Below, in pieces: positions 50,453 to 62,235 of a stretch of 64,000 bases of DNA (its first letter is position 1; each line of letters starts with the position of its first letter). The DNA lies in NCBI RefSeq assembly GCF_000315625.1, contig NW_005434457.1, positions 1 to 64,000 of the forward strand, read 5' to 3'. The notes under the pieces were generated by a model, which had not been told where the DNA came from, searched no databases, and saw nothing but the letters and a program-made list of their open reading frames with translations. The DNA comes from Guillardia theta CCMP2712 (taxonomy: Eukaryota > Protista > Cryptophyta). The translations under genes and the position numbers were made by a program.

Positions 50453-50647
50453 TCATAGCTCGTTCAGCCCCCCCGCCCCCAGCTCCATCCACTCCCCCAC
50501 CGCGCTCACAACCCGCGCGTTGCTCCGAATGAGGGCGATGGAGTCGCGGAGGGCCCTGAGCTTCTTGTCCTTGGAGGGCTCGCCGTAGCTTGAAGGTAGC
50601 TGGGGCAGGGGAGGGAGGGAGGAGGAGCTGCCAGGAAGTGCTTGCAT
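50453..50647 (-). CDS. Micro-protein family copy C (64 aa)
   Basis: ccgccATG start. MQALPGSSSSLPPLPQLPSS + YGEPSKDKKL...GAGGLNEL*. Downstream GATGTAAATAAA. Confidence 0.55.
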   Translation of the reverse strand: MQALPGSSSSLPPLPQLPSSYGEPSKDKKLRALRDSIALIRSNARVVSAVGEWMELGAGGLNEL

Positions 50648-51235
50648 GGCGGTATCTTGCGAGCAGAGAGAGGATCGGAGATTTGAGGAGATACATAGTC
50701 TGAGATCGGATTGTTCCTGTCAATGAATGGGGTAGTTTAAAGGATTTGGAATGGGAAAAAGGGGTGGGGTGGTCATCAGATGTCACATGGCAATGTCTCA
50801 AGTTGCAACGTTTCACTCTCGTTTTCTGTTCCTAGTAGTAATATGTGAACGACCCTCGTGATCAGGTCGAGGAATGGTGAGACAGAACCGAGAAGGGAGG
50901 AGGAGAAGGGAGGAGGAGGAGGAGGAGGAGGAGGAGGAGGAGGAGGATTTTGAGGTGGGACGGCCATGTCAAGGCTCAGGGGCAACAAGAAGAGTTCAAG
51001 TTGGGGCCTCCTGAGGTCGGGAGAGCAAACGATGTATGAACGCGTCCATATAAGAACAAGAACCAACATCTGTTAGCCTGAGCCTCATCAGCAGACGACC
51101 TTCATTCGTATCACATATAAGCTTAACCCCTCCTCGCTCTTCCCCCTTACTGTACACCTGTAACACCCTCTCACATCCTGCCGTCCTCGCTGAAGCCAGC
51201 TCGCTATCAGCTGCTCCTCCTGCTCGGTTGCTGCG

Positions 51236-51436
51236 TCATAGCTCGTTCAGCCCCCCCGCCCCCAGCTCCATCCACTCCCCCACCGCGCTCACAACCCGCG
51301 CGTTGCTCCGAATGAGGGCGATGGAGTCGCGGAGGGCCCTGAGCTTCTTGTCCTTGGAGGGCTCGACGTAGGCGTAGAGCTTCGCAGGTCCGATGCTTCG
51401 CGCGGGAGAGGGAGAGGGGGCGCGAGCGACGTGCAT
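51236..51436 (-). CDS. Micro-protein family copy D (66 aa)
   Basis: 5' region is near-identical to copy A; core and 3' flank resemble copy C. Confidence 0.55.
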   Translation of the reverse strand: MHVARAPSPSPARSIGPAKLYAYVEPSKDKKLRALRDSIALIRSNARVVSAVGEWMELGAGGLNEL

Positions 51437-51993
51437 GGCGACGAAAAGCTGACAGCAGGGCTCAGAGAGCAGAGCCAAGGGAGTCCAAGCACAGACCGAG
51501 GAGAGGAGCAGCAAGCGCGTGGAGCAGGGAGCTGACCAGGAGGAGGGATGGAGCGGAGGCTGCCAAGAATCAGCTTTATAGAGAGTGGGTGGGGAGGGGG
51601 TAGGGGGCGAATGTTCCTGTGCGAGGAGGGGTAGCAGTTAGACCGGATTCTAGCGCCGAGGTGGGGTGGTGTTAGATGTCCCCGGATACCTGTTAAGACT
51701 TCTATGATGTTGTTCCCTCGTGATGCTGACATAAGGAGATCTCAAGACGCACCCCCACGCCAACGCAAGCCAGTATGACCCCTCATGCGCAACGTTTGAT
51801 GTTACTAGATATACGAACCAGTAATGTTCTGTATGTCAGCAATGTCCCAGTCACCCACCCACTTGATCCCGGATGCCATCTGGGTATCGTGACCTTGCGG
51901 ATGACTAATAGAGTAATTGTTTTTTTCTTTTGCTAATAACTTTTTAAGTCGATCAAAGTTGATACTCCTTGTTGTGTTTCGTTTCAAGACTTA

Positions 51994-52374
51994 GGCCCGT
52001 TTCCCGCCGGCTCCCAGATTCCAGATTCCAGATTTTTTCATACAAATATAAGTCAATTTCTTTTTTTTGCTCCAAATGTTTTGGAGAACTCAACTATAAG
52101 TCATTTTAATTTGAGAATGAAACGATGCGGTTGACTTTCCCAGATTTTGCTTTTCGAATGGGTAGGCACTATATGGAAATATATTATTAGCTCAATCGAG
52201 AGAAATTGTTAGAATGTAGGGAGGGTACGCTGGGAGCATCAAATATGAACAGGCAGGGGACCCCACCCCCTGTGAGTATGTATTGAAAGCACCGGTGAAT
52301 ATTTCAGCGTAAATTTCAAATCTATTTGAATAAAGTCAAAAATCTGGAATCTTGGAGCCGGCGGGAAACGGCCC
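51994..52374. mobile_element. PIF/Harbinger (Tourist-like) MITE
   Basis: TIRs GGCCCGTTTCCCGCCGGCTCCCAGATTCCAGATT and (revcomp) GGGCCGTTTCCCGCCGGCTCCAAGATTCCAGATT. TTA target-site duplication at 51991-51993 and 52375-52377. AT-rich non-coding interior. Confidence 0.9.
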
Positions 52375-53047
52375 TTATACTTCTACTAACTTGATATTCC
52401 CCTACTCTCGTGATTGTGTTCAAATGCACTATCGCTGAACTCATCAGACTCGAAGTGGAAGTCAATGTGTTAATGAGACAACAAAGGTTTGTGCTATGAC
52501 ATCATGCAAGGGGAGAACGATCCTTTTATCATCAGTCAAAGGAACCCCAGAGATGTAAGGGGTTCCGAGCAATGCTGCCTCATGCACCTCTTCGAGCTTC
52601 AATCAACTGATGGTTGCACCAGTAAAGGAGATCTCTCGCTCTCGCTCTTCCTCCCCCTCCCTTCCTCTCTGTCCCTGCCCTGCCCTGCCTCCCTTCCCCC
52701 CTCACTTCACTTTCCCTCTTTTCTCTGCTCTCTCCCTCTCCTTCCTCCCTGACCTCTGACCGTAACTTTATCGCTGTTACGAACACTGGCGATTAGAATG
52801 CTTCTGATCTTCATTGAATGCTCGACAGAATGCAAGTGACACAGCCTGACTACTGCAAGTGACTGACTGCACCACAACACAGTCTCACAATAAAGAAACT
52901 GAAAATCGTGTAGCGTTGACGGCATCAGCCATTGTCATAGAGAAAGAAGAAGAAGAAGAAACGAGGCTTGTTCTCTATGACTCCGGTTTTTATTTACATC
53001 TCATGCTGACTATCATACATGTTCTTGATGCTGCTGCCGCTGCTGCG

Positions 53048-53299
53048 TCATAGCTCGTTCAGGCTCCCCGCCCCCAGCTCCATCCACTCCCCCACCGCGC
53101 TCACAACCCGCGCGTTGCTCCGAATGAGGGCGATGGAGTCGCGGAGGGCGCGGAGCTTCTTGTCCTTGGAGGGCTCGACGTAGCAAACGGATTTGTTGTT
53201 GTTGTTGTTGGAGGAGGAGGAGGAGGAGGAGGAGGGAAGGAGGACGGAGGAGCGAGTCGGAGGAGAGACATCGAGAGGGTTACAGGGAGTGGCATGCAT
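53048..53299 (-). CDS. Micro-protein family copy E (83 aa)
   Basis: MHATPCNPLD...poly-S/poly-N...KSVC + conserved module. GATGTAAATAAA ~50 nt after the stop. Confidence 0.55.
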   Translation of the reverse strand: MHATPCNPLDVSPPTRSSVLLPSSSSSSSSNNNNNKSVCYVEPSKDKKLRALRDSIALIRSNARVVSAVGEWMELGAGSLNEL

Positions 53300-54144
53300 T
53301 GCGGTGTGTGCCGAGAGAGGATGGGAGGTACCGTGTGTCTCCCTTTAGTAAGGGGGGATGCAGGGCGAGCGGTATTGCAACACGCAACGTTTCATGTGGA
53401 TCTCCGTGCCGCGCCATGGCGAGTACGTGACTGATACATGGCAGGCAGAGTCCGTGATCAAAAACCTGCGATAGAGGCAGCACCCTGTCCTCCCTCTAGT
53501 CATAGATACTGCCACCACCTATTACAGACGTGATCTTAAGATTGCATCTTAGTATGATCGTCCTTTCAGTTGCTCCTCTTGCAGTTCCCTGTAATACTCT
53601 GACGGTTGTCCGTCAAGCTTGACAGTGAGCGTCTGCTCGAGCTCCAGTAGCTGCGTTACAGACTACTGGGTCACCATCTACCCATCATGATCTAGCCCAG
53701 AATTCCATCAATCCTTCCCTGGAAGAAAGCTTCAGGTCTGCAGCGTTGACGGCTGTGTGCAACCAAGCTGTTGAGGTGCATCTGAATTAGATTTCATGGC
53801 ATTTGTCAAAATATAATCCAGCAAAGATGCTCTCAGCTCTTCCTGTAGACGTCTTCAACCCGAGCATCATGGTACCATCCACCAGGGCTCATCAGTGTGA
53901 AGTGAAGAACGTGAAAGACAAGATGATGGTTTGCATCAAACTTCATGTTTGTTACATTCAACACCCGAATCTCAATATCATACATCGTCGCCCTGTCTCA
54001 GTGTTGCTGCCATCCCGCCTTTGCCCTACAGTTCCGCAACACAGAAAGCGCTCTTACACCTTCCCTTCCCCAATCCTTATCCTGATCCGAACCTCGTTCT
54101 TATTCTTGACTGCATTTTTCATGTTCTGTCACCCGGTCGCTGCG

Positions 54145-54410
54145 TCATAGTTCGTTCAGGCTCCCCGCCCCCAGCTCCATCCACTCCCCCACCGCGCTCA
54201 CAACCCGCGCGTTGCTCCGAATGAGGGCGATGGAGTCGCGGAGAGCGCTGAGCTTCTTGTCCTTGGAGGGCTCGACGTAGCAAACGGATTTGCTGTTGTT
54301 GTTGTTGTTGTTGTTGTTGGAGGAGGAGAGGAGGAGGAGGAGAGGATGGAAGAGGGAGAGGGAGCGACATCAATCATCGAATCGAGAGGGTTACAGGGAG
54401 TAGCATGCAT
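54145..54410 (-). pseudogene. Micro-protein family copy F (1-nt frameshift in microsatellite; real or consensus error)
   Basis: Starts MHATPCNPLD as in copy E, and the core module is intact. ATG-to-stop distance is 266 nt, not a multiple of 3. Confidence 0.5.
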
Positions 54411-55102
54411 GGCGGTGAGTGATGTGCCGGAGAGAGGATTGGACGAGGAGTGTGGAGACAGGGTTTTATAGGCTCAGCTTGTTCCTGTAAAAAGGGGGGT
54501 AGTTAGAGTGTAAAAGGGGGGTAGGTGTATAACATACAAAATTAGGTGGAGTTCTAGAAGTTTCTGGACCTCAGGAGATGCAACGTTTCGTTTCTCTCTC
54601 CGCTAAAACTGCTTGAAAAGGGCAAGCGCATGTCCAAGTCACGGTCGGAGCCATGCCGGCAACACTCAAAGCAACCGCTCGTAAAGCCGCTCAGTCGGAG
54701 CCTCGGAGTGTCACAGTGCTGCCAGGCTCTCTGAGCGACTGACTCTGAGGCGCGCCGCTACGAGGCCACATGTCGACGCCATTGAAAAAAAACGGATAGT
54801 TGACTGAAAACTGTCAACTCTGTCCAGTGGTCGCTGATCATTCATCATGTCCACGTGCAACTCAAATCTCGAGATCTGCCTCCTTCGTTTTGCTTTACTT
54901 GGAGTAAAACTGTTCGACGGTCACGGTTACCCCCGTCACGTTACCCTTGCTCACAAGACCATCCGATCGGGGACCGGCTGAATTGAACATCCTCTCCCCT
55001 TGTACGATACCTGCTCCTCCTGCGCATGCTCCCGTTGTACGGTATCTTCTCCTGCACCTGCTCCCGCGTCCTTCTGTAACAGCACTTGCTGCGTCAACAA
55101 CC

Positions 55103-55297
55103 ATGCTACGTGAAGGTGCGACTCGTGACTCCCAGTCCGCCGATCCTGGGAAGCTCTACGCCTACGTCGAGCCCTCCAAGGACAAGAAGCTCAGCGCCCT
55201 CCACGACTCCATCGCCCTCATTCGAAGCAACGCGCGGGTTGTGAGCGCGGTGGGGGAGTGGATGGAGCTGGGGGCGGGAAGCCTGAACGAGCTATGA
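55103..55297 (+). CDS. Micro-protein family copy G (64 aa)
   Basis: accATG start. MLREGATRDSQSADPGKLYA + conserved module (R>H change). Confidence 0.5.
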   Translation: MLREGATRDSQSADPGKLYAYVEPSKDKKLSALHDSIALIRSNARVVSAVGEWMELGAGSLNEL

Positions 55298-56110
55298 CGC
55301 TGGTTGGTAAGACTGAGTTGATTATCGAGAGATATCAGCGCCATGCAAGCATGAGCGATCAACTGTGCGACGTTGTGTGGAAGATTTCAAGTATCAGGAA
55401 GGTTTAGCGTGGTAAGAGACCGTCAATGGGACTCGGGATGGTAACTCAGAGTCAGTTCAAGGCCGTGAGCAAGAAGCCGAGTGGATTCATGTAATAAACC
55501 CTTCAAGGATTCTTCAACCCAAGGGCTGATCAGTGTCAGTGGAGTGCCTGCGCAGTGCTACTTTCAGCCTTCACGTTGCCCCCCGGTGAGCTCTCACTGA
55601 GCAACCCTCGGTGAGCTCTCACTGAGCGGCTGCCGCGCCGCAGTCAAAAGTCAGTCACTGAGTCAATCAAGGTCAGTGACACTGGCACGGTGACACTGTG
55701 ACTGAGCCTCGGGCCCTCCGAGGGTATGATCGGACTGCCGTTATCGTCACGAGTCAACTTTTACCTCACTAGCCCAGGCTACCGGGACTCCGGGCGACTC
55801 GGCCCCGCCGTGACGGGCCCACGGCCACGAGTGCCCGGCAGACTGCCACCGGGGGCCCGCGGCGGCGCCGATCCGGCAAACCAGCGAACTTCGAACTTCT
55901 CCGAGGCTCCGAGCCAGTCTTCCGGGCGGTGGCTTCCGGCATGTCACACACTGGGTGACGAGTCTCATGCGGTAGCAGCCGCGCCACCGTCGTGACAATA
56001 GCCAGTCAGCATCGGCGGACACCGTGGCAGGCGTCGGTACCGCCGGGCAGCTCGGCCGCGCACTGTGGCACTAGTCGCGGCCCGGCCCGCGCGGAGGCGG
56101 CTAGTCACCG

Positions 56111-56262
56111 TGATCGTAAAGTAACGTAACTGCAGCATTAAATGATCTTGAGCCACCTCCAGGCCCGGGAAGAAGCTCACCCCGTGACTCAGACCCAAGT
56201 GACTTAGTTTTTACGATTGACTCAAGATCATTTAATGCTGCAGTTACGTTACTTTACGATCA
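56111..56262. repeat. Perfect 42-bp inverted repeat with 68-nt spacer
   Basis: 56111-56152 (TGATCGTAAAGTAACGTAACTGCAGCATTAAATGATCTTGAG) is the exact reverse complement of 56221-56262. Confidence 0.95.
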
Positions 56263-56321
56263 ATGTACAAAGTTACACGCGAGTTCGAACTTTCCCCGCG
56301 TTACGGGCTGACTCGCTTTCT

Positions 56322-59300
56322 CTAGCTGGCAAAGGCACTCCTAGCGTTCTCCTTTCCTCGTCCCCTGCACCATCATCGCTGAGTTTGCGCCATCTCAAGC
56401 TCTCGATTTCTCACCTCGTCTTCTTCCGTGGCTCAACTTCCTCCTCCACCACTTCGTCCTCATTCTTCTGCTTCAGTTGTGTGCTCTGCTGACTCTGCTG
56501 CGTCGCTCCGCCAACCTCCTCCACCAGCGCCTCCTGCTAAACACTCAGAACCAGCCACGAGGACGGGATGCACAAACCATGCGGGGAGGGTCGAGGAGGG
56601 GGCCTTGTGCCGGCTTCTGTTTCTTCTTCTTGGCGGAGGCGATGGAGGGAGCCATGTAGGACTCGACCATCGTCTTGTGCCTGTGCCACAGTGAGAGGCA
56701 GAGGAGCGAGAGGTGAGGAGATACTTCGACTCCTCGCACAGCAGCTGAACATCGATGGATCCTCTGTCGTCGGCGTCAAGGGCTGACGAGAAGAGACACA
56801 GCAAGGGACCTTGAGGAAGGAGTGATGGAGAGGTTGCCATCATTCACGAGCTGGAGGGTTGCTAGGAAAGTCCTGCAGACGTCGAAGCGCGACATCCCAT
56901 GCACCTGACAGCGACAAGGGAAGGGAGGTTAGCGACCCCTCACCCCACGTGCTCTCACTCACGATGTTCTCGAAGGGAACCACCTCCTCCACAGCCTTCA
57001 CTTCTCGCGCGACTCTTCCCTTCACAGTCTCTCCATAGGACTGCTGCTCGTCAGCACACCCTCTTCGTCTCCGCCTCCTCCTCACATGGATGTCAAAGGC
57101 TGGCCGCTTGTCCTCCTCTTGCAGCTTCGGCTCAACTTTGCTCTGCCACTCACGCACCTGCGACACATGAGGGCCGATTGAGACAAGATGGGGAGAGGCC
57201 AGTTGGGGGGGGGGGGGGGGGGGGGGGGGGTAGGGGTAGAGGAGGAAGGAACTCGTCTACGCCCTTGAGGTACTTGTCGACATAAGCCTGGAAGACCTTC
57301 AGAAGGAGCTTCGGCCACCCTCAGCCTCACTTTGCACATTTGCTCGTACGTGAGGTCGTCATGAAACTCTATGTCAGGCTCTGTTGCAGAGCTCAGCAGA
57401 TTCGCCCGAGCAGCCTCTCTCCTCATCACCTTGCGTTGCTTTCTTGTGGAGAGCAGCTGAAAAAGTCTCGGGCCCCTCCTCTGTGCCCACGTCACCATTC
57501 CCAGCGAAAGGACAAGAATCTTCACCGTTCACAAAATCGTTGTCCCATCCTCCGTCTCCATCGTCGTCGTCGTCAACCCCTCCGCACATGTCCTCGTACT
57601 CCAAGGGCTTCTCCCCTGCAAGGTTGTCCAAGACTGAGGGAAAGGAAGGGGCAAGCAGAGCAAGGGTCTGCACCAGCAGCCGGGAGGTCGACCATGTCGT
57701 ACTCATCTTCTTCAACTTCGAGCAGCTGAAGTTTCTGCTGGTGACGTCAGCATCTCCAGGTTCAAGCGGTTGACAACCGCGAGGGAAGGAAGGGAACGAG
57801 GCCGAGGCTCCCTGCTGCTCTTGAGCTGGAGAGCAAGCACGCGGTTCCTCTCCTCTACGAACGCCTGTGAAGGTTCAGAGCATGGCTTTCCTGGAGCAGC
57901 AAGGGGTGGGGGAGGGGGTGGGGGGGGAGACAAGTCGACTGAGACGATGAGAGGGACCTTGGAGAACTCGTGGAAGAAGGGAAGCTTGAGCGAGCGCGTC
58001 TGATAGGACCACAAGTCCACTGCAACCTCCGTCATCAGGATAGGAGGGAAAGCGACAAGAGCTGCAGCAACAACCGCTCGCTGAATGCTGGCGAGATGCG
58101 GAGGCCACGTTGGGCTTGCGAGTGGTGGAGGCCTTCTTGAAGGGGCGGGACGGGATGTCCATCCGGTCATGGGGGTCTGGTTGCAAGTCACTGGGTCCCT
58201 TCAGTCTCTTCCATTGCCCTTCACTGACCGAGCATCCTCCAGGGATCACTCGCCTCCTCCACTCGATGGCCTCTTGCCGTCTTGCGATCATCTGCTGGGG
58301 ACAGACATGATTCTTGCGCGCGGTGTCGGTCAAGTCTCATGCTCACCCTCTGCTTTCCACCCTTGCATGCCTTCCATCCCACCTGCTCCCGGGTCAACGA
58401 TGAGCAGCCAAGGGCGCGGGGGAGAGCAGGAGGAGCAGCTGGTAGGAGTGAAGACTCAACACACCTGCAGCATCCTCGTAACCATCGTCGTCGTCGTCTC
58501 CCTCATCCTCGTGATCGAAATTAACATCAAAATCAACCGTCTGCTTGTAGCGATCAGTGAACTCTGTATCTAGCTGTCCTTTCACCTGATCCTTTGCGAT
58601 GTTGGTGATGTTTGGGTCGTTGAAAGCTTTCTCCTGCTCCTGCTCAAGCAACTTACTTGACGAGGCTCCGGAGGCGTCCCTCACCTCGGAGCGGAGCTTT
58701 TCTACCTCGAGGGATCTCTCGAGTTTGTTGTCTGTTGTGAAGTTCAAACAAGAGGAAGCCAGCAACTACTCTGTCTCTCACCAAGGATCCCTTGCATACT
58801 TGAATCGAGGAGCAGGGCGCCGGAGGAGTGGACAGTGGCTGTTGAGAGCCTGTGACAAGGCTGAGCAGCATGCAGTGACAGGGCAAGCAGGCGAGACCTG
58901 AGGTCTTTGTTGGGGTCGGGGTTCTCGTTGTCCACGTCGAGGCTGAGCATGAGGAGCATCGAGTTTTGGTTGGATTTCACGTTCTCGCCATCATCTTCCG
59001 CCTGGATGAGAGCAGTTTCAACGCGAGACAAGGAGAAACGTGGAGCAAGTGCAGTGTCAACAAGCGGAATCGTCGACAACCTCAACGAGGTCGATCGCAG
59101 AGCTCTTGGCCTCACGAATGTCATCGAGGGCGATGAACTGAACCTCGTCAGCGAAACATTTCTGCTAGATGGGTGAGGACACGGAGGGCAAGACAGAAGT
59201 TAAGCACCTCAGGCTCGTTCTCCTCCTCTTCCGCGTCATCCTTCCTCTTCTGCTGCCTATCTGTGATGATCTCGAGGACAGCAAAGACCAGGCGGTGTAG

Positions 59301-59616
59301 ATATTCGACTTTTCTGCTGTACACACAAGTAGACCCCTGTAGCCTCCATCACAGCGAGTTCACACAACCCGAGCAACCAAACATGCGCACCTGAATGAGA
59401 AGTGCTGCTTCTGCAAAGTTCATGATGGTGTTCCCGCCATCGAGACTAATCTATATCATGTATCACCCACTTGCACACCAGCTGCTACCGACTGATCATT
59501 ACCTGAAGCATTTCGAGTTCGTTGAGATATTCCTCGAGGTCATGCGCGATATCAACATTCCAGTTTGATGCAAGATCTCGAATCGGTTCAAGAAGATGTT
59601 TGAACCTTCCGCTCAT
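56322..59616 (-). CDS. NCAPH2: Condensin II kleisin subunit CAP-H2
   Basis: N-terminus [31 protein letters not shown], then [11 protein letters not shown]|[18 protein letters not shown]-terminal [21 protein letters not shown]...[12 protein letters not shown]. Many short introns; an extra 5' exon is possible. Confidence 0.92.
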
Positions 59617-61170
59617 TGACTGCTCACCGCTGGAGTAAACATACAAAGGAAGAGGGAACGTTTGCCTGCAATCACCTGATCCTGTTCTGATAACGACGTT
59701 TTATCCCTGCGAAACAGTATTCTCAACGGTGATGTATGCTTAATGGCAAGACATCTTTCCACAAACTGACTGTCCAAGGAGCTTCACAGATATCGTGAAT
59801 GAAATTCCCATTGATTCATTGACCATCGATAACATCATTCTCATCTCACAACACTACGTCTTGTGTTCACTATTCCCTCTATCCGCTTGCTCCCCTCTTC
59901 GCTTCCCGATCCACATGAATCTTTCGTCGGAACGAAAATATGGCTACTTTCGAATCCTCTCTCCTTATTTGTGTTCTTCCATATCTCTACAACTCCCACT
60001 CTCTCATTCGAACATTCTGATTTCTTCTCAATGAATGTTGTCTGATCATTTTCTGCATTTCTCCTCCTCCCCCTCTCCAACTTCTCACCTTTCGCTGCCC
60101 CGCATTTTTGAATTTCAGTTTTGCCCAGCCTACCACCCCTACCACCCTTTCCTCGGCACCCAGCCTTTCAAAGCCTCCCAGTACCCTCCACCTCCTAGAC
60201 CTAATATGTACCCTATAGTTTTACCAACAAATACCCCCTGTTTCAGAGGGGATCCATCACTCCATGTACCCCCACCCCTAAAAACTTCTCGTACCCCCAG
60301 GATCAGGGTACTGTTGGTTTCTGTACCCACCACATACCCGCAGGGTTGTGTACCCACCCACTTGAATACAATCCAGGGAAAGTAAGGGGTACAACCCCGA
60401 TAGGGCCCATAGAGGGTAGGTACACAACTTATGTGACTGGGGTACTGAAAGCAAGTACCGGTACTATTTTCTTGTAGTACCGGTGATTTAATGGTGAATT
60501 TAGAGGGTCTTTCAATGTCATATGTGAGCGAGGTGGACTTTGATTCGAGAAATGGGGTAGGGTAGTTTGTTAAAATTGGGGTGGGGTGGTAATGGAGGGC
60601 GGCAGAGGAGCGGCGCGTGCGGAATGAGGCGGGGAGGAGAAGGAGGCGAGAAGGGAAGAAGAGACGAGGAAAGAAGTGAACTGAGACGAGAAACGAACGA
60701 TCAGGATGTGTTTCATCGCAGAGATGATATCTGAAATGGGGAGTGTCCTGCTGTGTTGTACGGTGCTGATCATTGGACCCTGGTGCCGAAGGGCAGCATT
60801 TCGAGGATCTCTATATAAATGTTTGCAAAGGGGCGAAAATCGTGTTGGAATCATGTAAAAACTATTCTTCCAACCTGATGTCGTGATCTGGCGGATATTT
60901 TTTGCTATAAAAGTGATGGATCTGTTGGCTAAGCGAAGGATGACAATTAAGTAATCTGAATGCTAGTCTTGTTGAAGGATCCGTGATAGTTAGACTGTGT
61001 GCTGATGTATGAAATTGACATGTGCGTCAAGCATTGGTGTTGTATGAACTAGCTCATGTGGGAAACGGCCATCAGAGTGGACGAAACAAGGGTCGGACTC
61101 ACATTCTTGAACCGACATGTGATCCTGTCTGTGATTTTTCAGGAGTTGAATCGGGAAATAATTCTTCAAG

Positions 61171-61611
61171 ATGTCGAAGCAACAGAAGACAATGACACAA
61201 CCTATCGTGAGTTCATGTTGGTCCTCAGTTCCGAAACTCACACGTTCTCGTCTCGATGGATGAAATGCAGAACCTGATCTTCAGGTTTCTTCAAAACGTG
61301 AGAAATGCACATCCGTTGAAAGATAGTCATTGACATGGCGGCAGAAATCGCGCATTCAGATATGGCTGTATGAAAATGCTGATCTGCGCATCGAGGGTCA
61401 AATTATTGTGAGTGCTGACAGTGTAGAAATTGTTGTTCTCTTCTCATGATGTTGGTTGCAGGGGTTTGACGAGTACATGAATCTCGTGCTTGACAATGCA
61501 GAAGAGTATCACAAGAAGAAGGGAACGCGCAAGCCACTGGGAAGGATCCTCCTCAAAGGAGAGAATATAACATTGATGCAAGTTGTGGACGGATCCACTT
61601 CATCAGCATGA
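61171..61611 (+). CDS. SNRPE: Small nuclear ribonucleoprotein E (exons 61171-61206, 61271-61297, 61345-61407, 61462-61611)
   Basis: [12 protein letters not shown]|NLIFRFLQN|[21 protein letters not shown]|[15 protein letters not shown]...[15 protein letters not shown]. Confidence 0.97.
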
Positions 61612-62174
61612 CAGGGCTTGTGAAGCCCTTTCACCTTTGAAATCTCTTCCATTGGGATGTGCATGGACTCGCTGGTTTCTGCGATTTCTGATTCTTGGAT
61701 GGCCCATCCTGTATCTTCAGCTCCCAGTCTTGCTGGTTAAAATTCTCAGGGTCGCTCAGTTCTAATGCTCAAAGTTCGTCTCGTCAAGGATGTCGAAAGC
61801 AGCTTCTGACACGATAATGTACTGCAAACATGTTTATAAAGAATCAACTGATCGTCATTGTGTGAAAGAGGTAACATGCTAGGATTCTATGCCAGTTTCT
61901 TGCACTTTCCTTCCTGTTGAGCGTTTCGTGACTGGACCGCGTTCCCAGAATTTTTGGTGCCGTTTCTCCTCAGATTGTAAGAGGATGTCGATGAAAGATA
62001 TTGTATCAATCATACACTTCCTGAACATCAGATGAGATTCGATCTGCACGTCGTGAGATGAACTGAGATCAAATCAAGCATTCGCGGTTGCTAATTGTGA
62101 ATCCGAATCAGATTCTCTCCCACCGAAACATTTCCTACTGCTGTATTTGACTTCATTTTCAACTATAATCATGT

Positions 62175-62177
62175 TCA

Positions 62178-62219
<42 letters not shown>

Positions 62220-62235
62220 TCATCATCATCATCAT
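62175..62235. repeat. (GTC)n/(ATC)n microsatellite
   Basis: Direct trinucleotide run. Confidence 0.9.

Noticed and set aside
45044-55297. Micro-genes as phycobiliprotein alpha subunits or Reb-like ejectisome proteins
   Set aside because: No signal or targeting peptide, no bilin-binding FD.RGC motif, and no resemblance to Reb-type sequences as I recall them.
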